This document shows positions 63,045 through 64,000 of a stretch of DNA of 64,000 bases, in pieces. The DNA is from an uncultured Methylomarinum sp. (GTDB lineage: Bacteria; Pseudomonadota; Gammaproteobacteria; Methylococcales; Methylomonadaceae). How positions within the stretch are numbered: the first letter of the stretch is position 1; each line of letters starts with the position of its first letter. The DNA is taken from the NCBI GenBank assembly GCA_964397365.1, contig CAYNIU010000001.1:16320-80319 (forward strand), written 5' to 3'. The position numbers and the translations under genes are program-made. The notes below the pieces were generated by a model. That model searched no databases and was not told the origin of the DNA. It saw only the letters and a program-made list of their open reading frames with translations.

Positions 63045-63257
63045 TTGCCCACAAAAGCTGTGGATAACTCTGTGGATTATATGCGAGAAGCCGCTGTTAA
63101 GTCCCGTGTTTATTACAGCTCTGTTAAATTGTATAAAAAATATACAGAACATGTTGAATTTAAATATCAATAGCTTACGTTTGTTTGATAACAGTTGACA
63201 GTGTGTTTTTTGTGTAATCGACGGGTATGCGGGATAAATTTAGTGAGATGTGTATAG
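63045..63257. promoter_or_regulatory. DnaA-box cluster with an IHF site (DARS-like)
   Basis: TTGCCCACA (63045), TGTGGATAA (63059), TGTGGATTA (63071), IHF consensus TATCAATAGCTTA (63165-63177), TGTGTATAG (63249). Confidence 0.62.
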
Positions 63258-63354
63258 TTGCTTTTGCTGATAGAGTTTTCTTTTCTGCAGAAGTTGTATG
63301 AAAATTGATTTAAAACTCACGGCAATTGATCTGATAAACAGAGAGGAATTATTC

Positions 63355-64000
63355 ATGATTAATAAATCATCGCTGAATAGGCCTAATCCAGTGGCATTAA
63401 TTCCGGTTCATCCGGCCATAGAAGAATATATGCGTACTCTGGTTTCGCAATCAGATCACAGGATACTGGAGGAAATGGAAAACTATGCGCAAAAAAATAA
63501 TTTTCCTATCGTTAATCGTTTGGTCGGAGTTTTTTTAGAAACTATGGCTAAATCTGTATCTGCTCAGCGTGTTTTTGAGTTTGGCAGCGGTTATGGCTAT
63601 TCCGCATACTGGTTTGCAAAAGCAGTTGGCGTTGACGGCGAAGTGATGTGTACTGATGGCGATGTAACCAATCTGGAGAAGGCGAAAATTTATCTGCAAG
63701 CTGTAGAACTATGGGATAGGGTTGCCTTCAAGACCGGTTTGGCGCAGGATATTTTTGCCCAAACAGAGGGTCTGTTTGATATTTGTTATAATGATGCCGA
63801 TAAAGGCGATTATCCGGCAATATGGCAAATGGCAAAACAGCGAATTCGTCCTGGAGGTCTCTATATTGCCGATAATGTGCTCTGGCATGGGAGGGTGGCG
63901 GTAGACTATTTTGAAGATATTGTGCCCGGCTGGACAGAAGCCATTCTGGAACATAATCAACTTATATTTCATGATCCTGATTTTGATGCTTTCATTAATC
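63355..64000 (+). CDS. Class I SAM-dependent O-methyltransferase (family 3), truncated by the window end
   Basis: Manual translation from ATG 63355 (GAGG RBS): VFEFGSGYGYSAYW..FDICYNDADKGDYP..RPGGLYIADNVLW. Absent from the ORF track because no stop lies in the window. Confidence 0.88.
   Translation, partial: MINKSSLNRPNPVALIPVHPAIEEYMRTLVSQSDHRILEEMENYAQKNNFPIVNRLVGVFLETMAKSVSAQRVFEFGSGYGYSAYWFAKAVGVDGEVMCTDGDVTNLEKAKIYLQAVELWDRVAFKTGLAQDIFAQTEGLFDICYNDADKGDYPAIWQMAKQRIRPGGLYIADNVLWHGRVAVDYFEDIVPGWTEAILEHNQLIFHDPDFDAFIN

Noticed and set aside
63045-63300. oriC
   Set aside because: Few boxes, no obvious repeated DUE, and no dnaA/gidA/mioC neighbours. A DARS-like element fits better.

Overview
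Chromosomal segment of a gammaproteobacterium. The gene content and repeat style suggest a Methylococcales-like lineage, but this is inference. Housekeeping genes (adk, leuC, leuD, asd, fimV, tRNA-Lys, modABC, creA, PIN-PhoH, bcp, gcvR) are interleaved with a dense set of signalling genes. These are a FixL-type PAS hybrid kinase with a REC-HD-GYP partner, two ODP-type di-iron sensors (one beside a miniature MCP-like protein, one coupled to a GGDEF-EAL protein), a type I SQR, a FecA-like receptor divergent from hemP, and an F7/Che2-like chemosensory cluster with a three-sensor receptor, a ParA and two STAS proteins. The best candidate for an undescribed system is the 7-gene small-GTPase operon at 51.6-57.3 kb (FimV-like TPR protein, REC/wHTH-like protein, MglA/CvnD-like GTPase, two roadblock proteins, stand-alone Aer-type PAS, signal-peptide-less PhnD-like protein), followed by a translationally coupled 5'-nucleotidase. 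It is flanked by an acidic SPOR-domain membrane protein and a possible FimW-like protein. Intergenic DNA holds several nested MITE/REP families with visible TIRs, target duplications and IHF-like sites, plus a DARS-like DnaA-box cluster at 63.0-63.3 kb. No CRISPR array, rRNA, transposase or prophage was seen.
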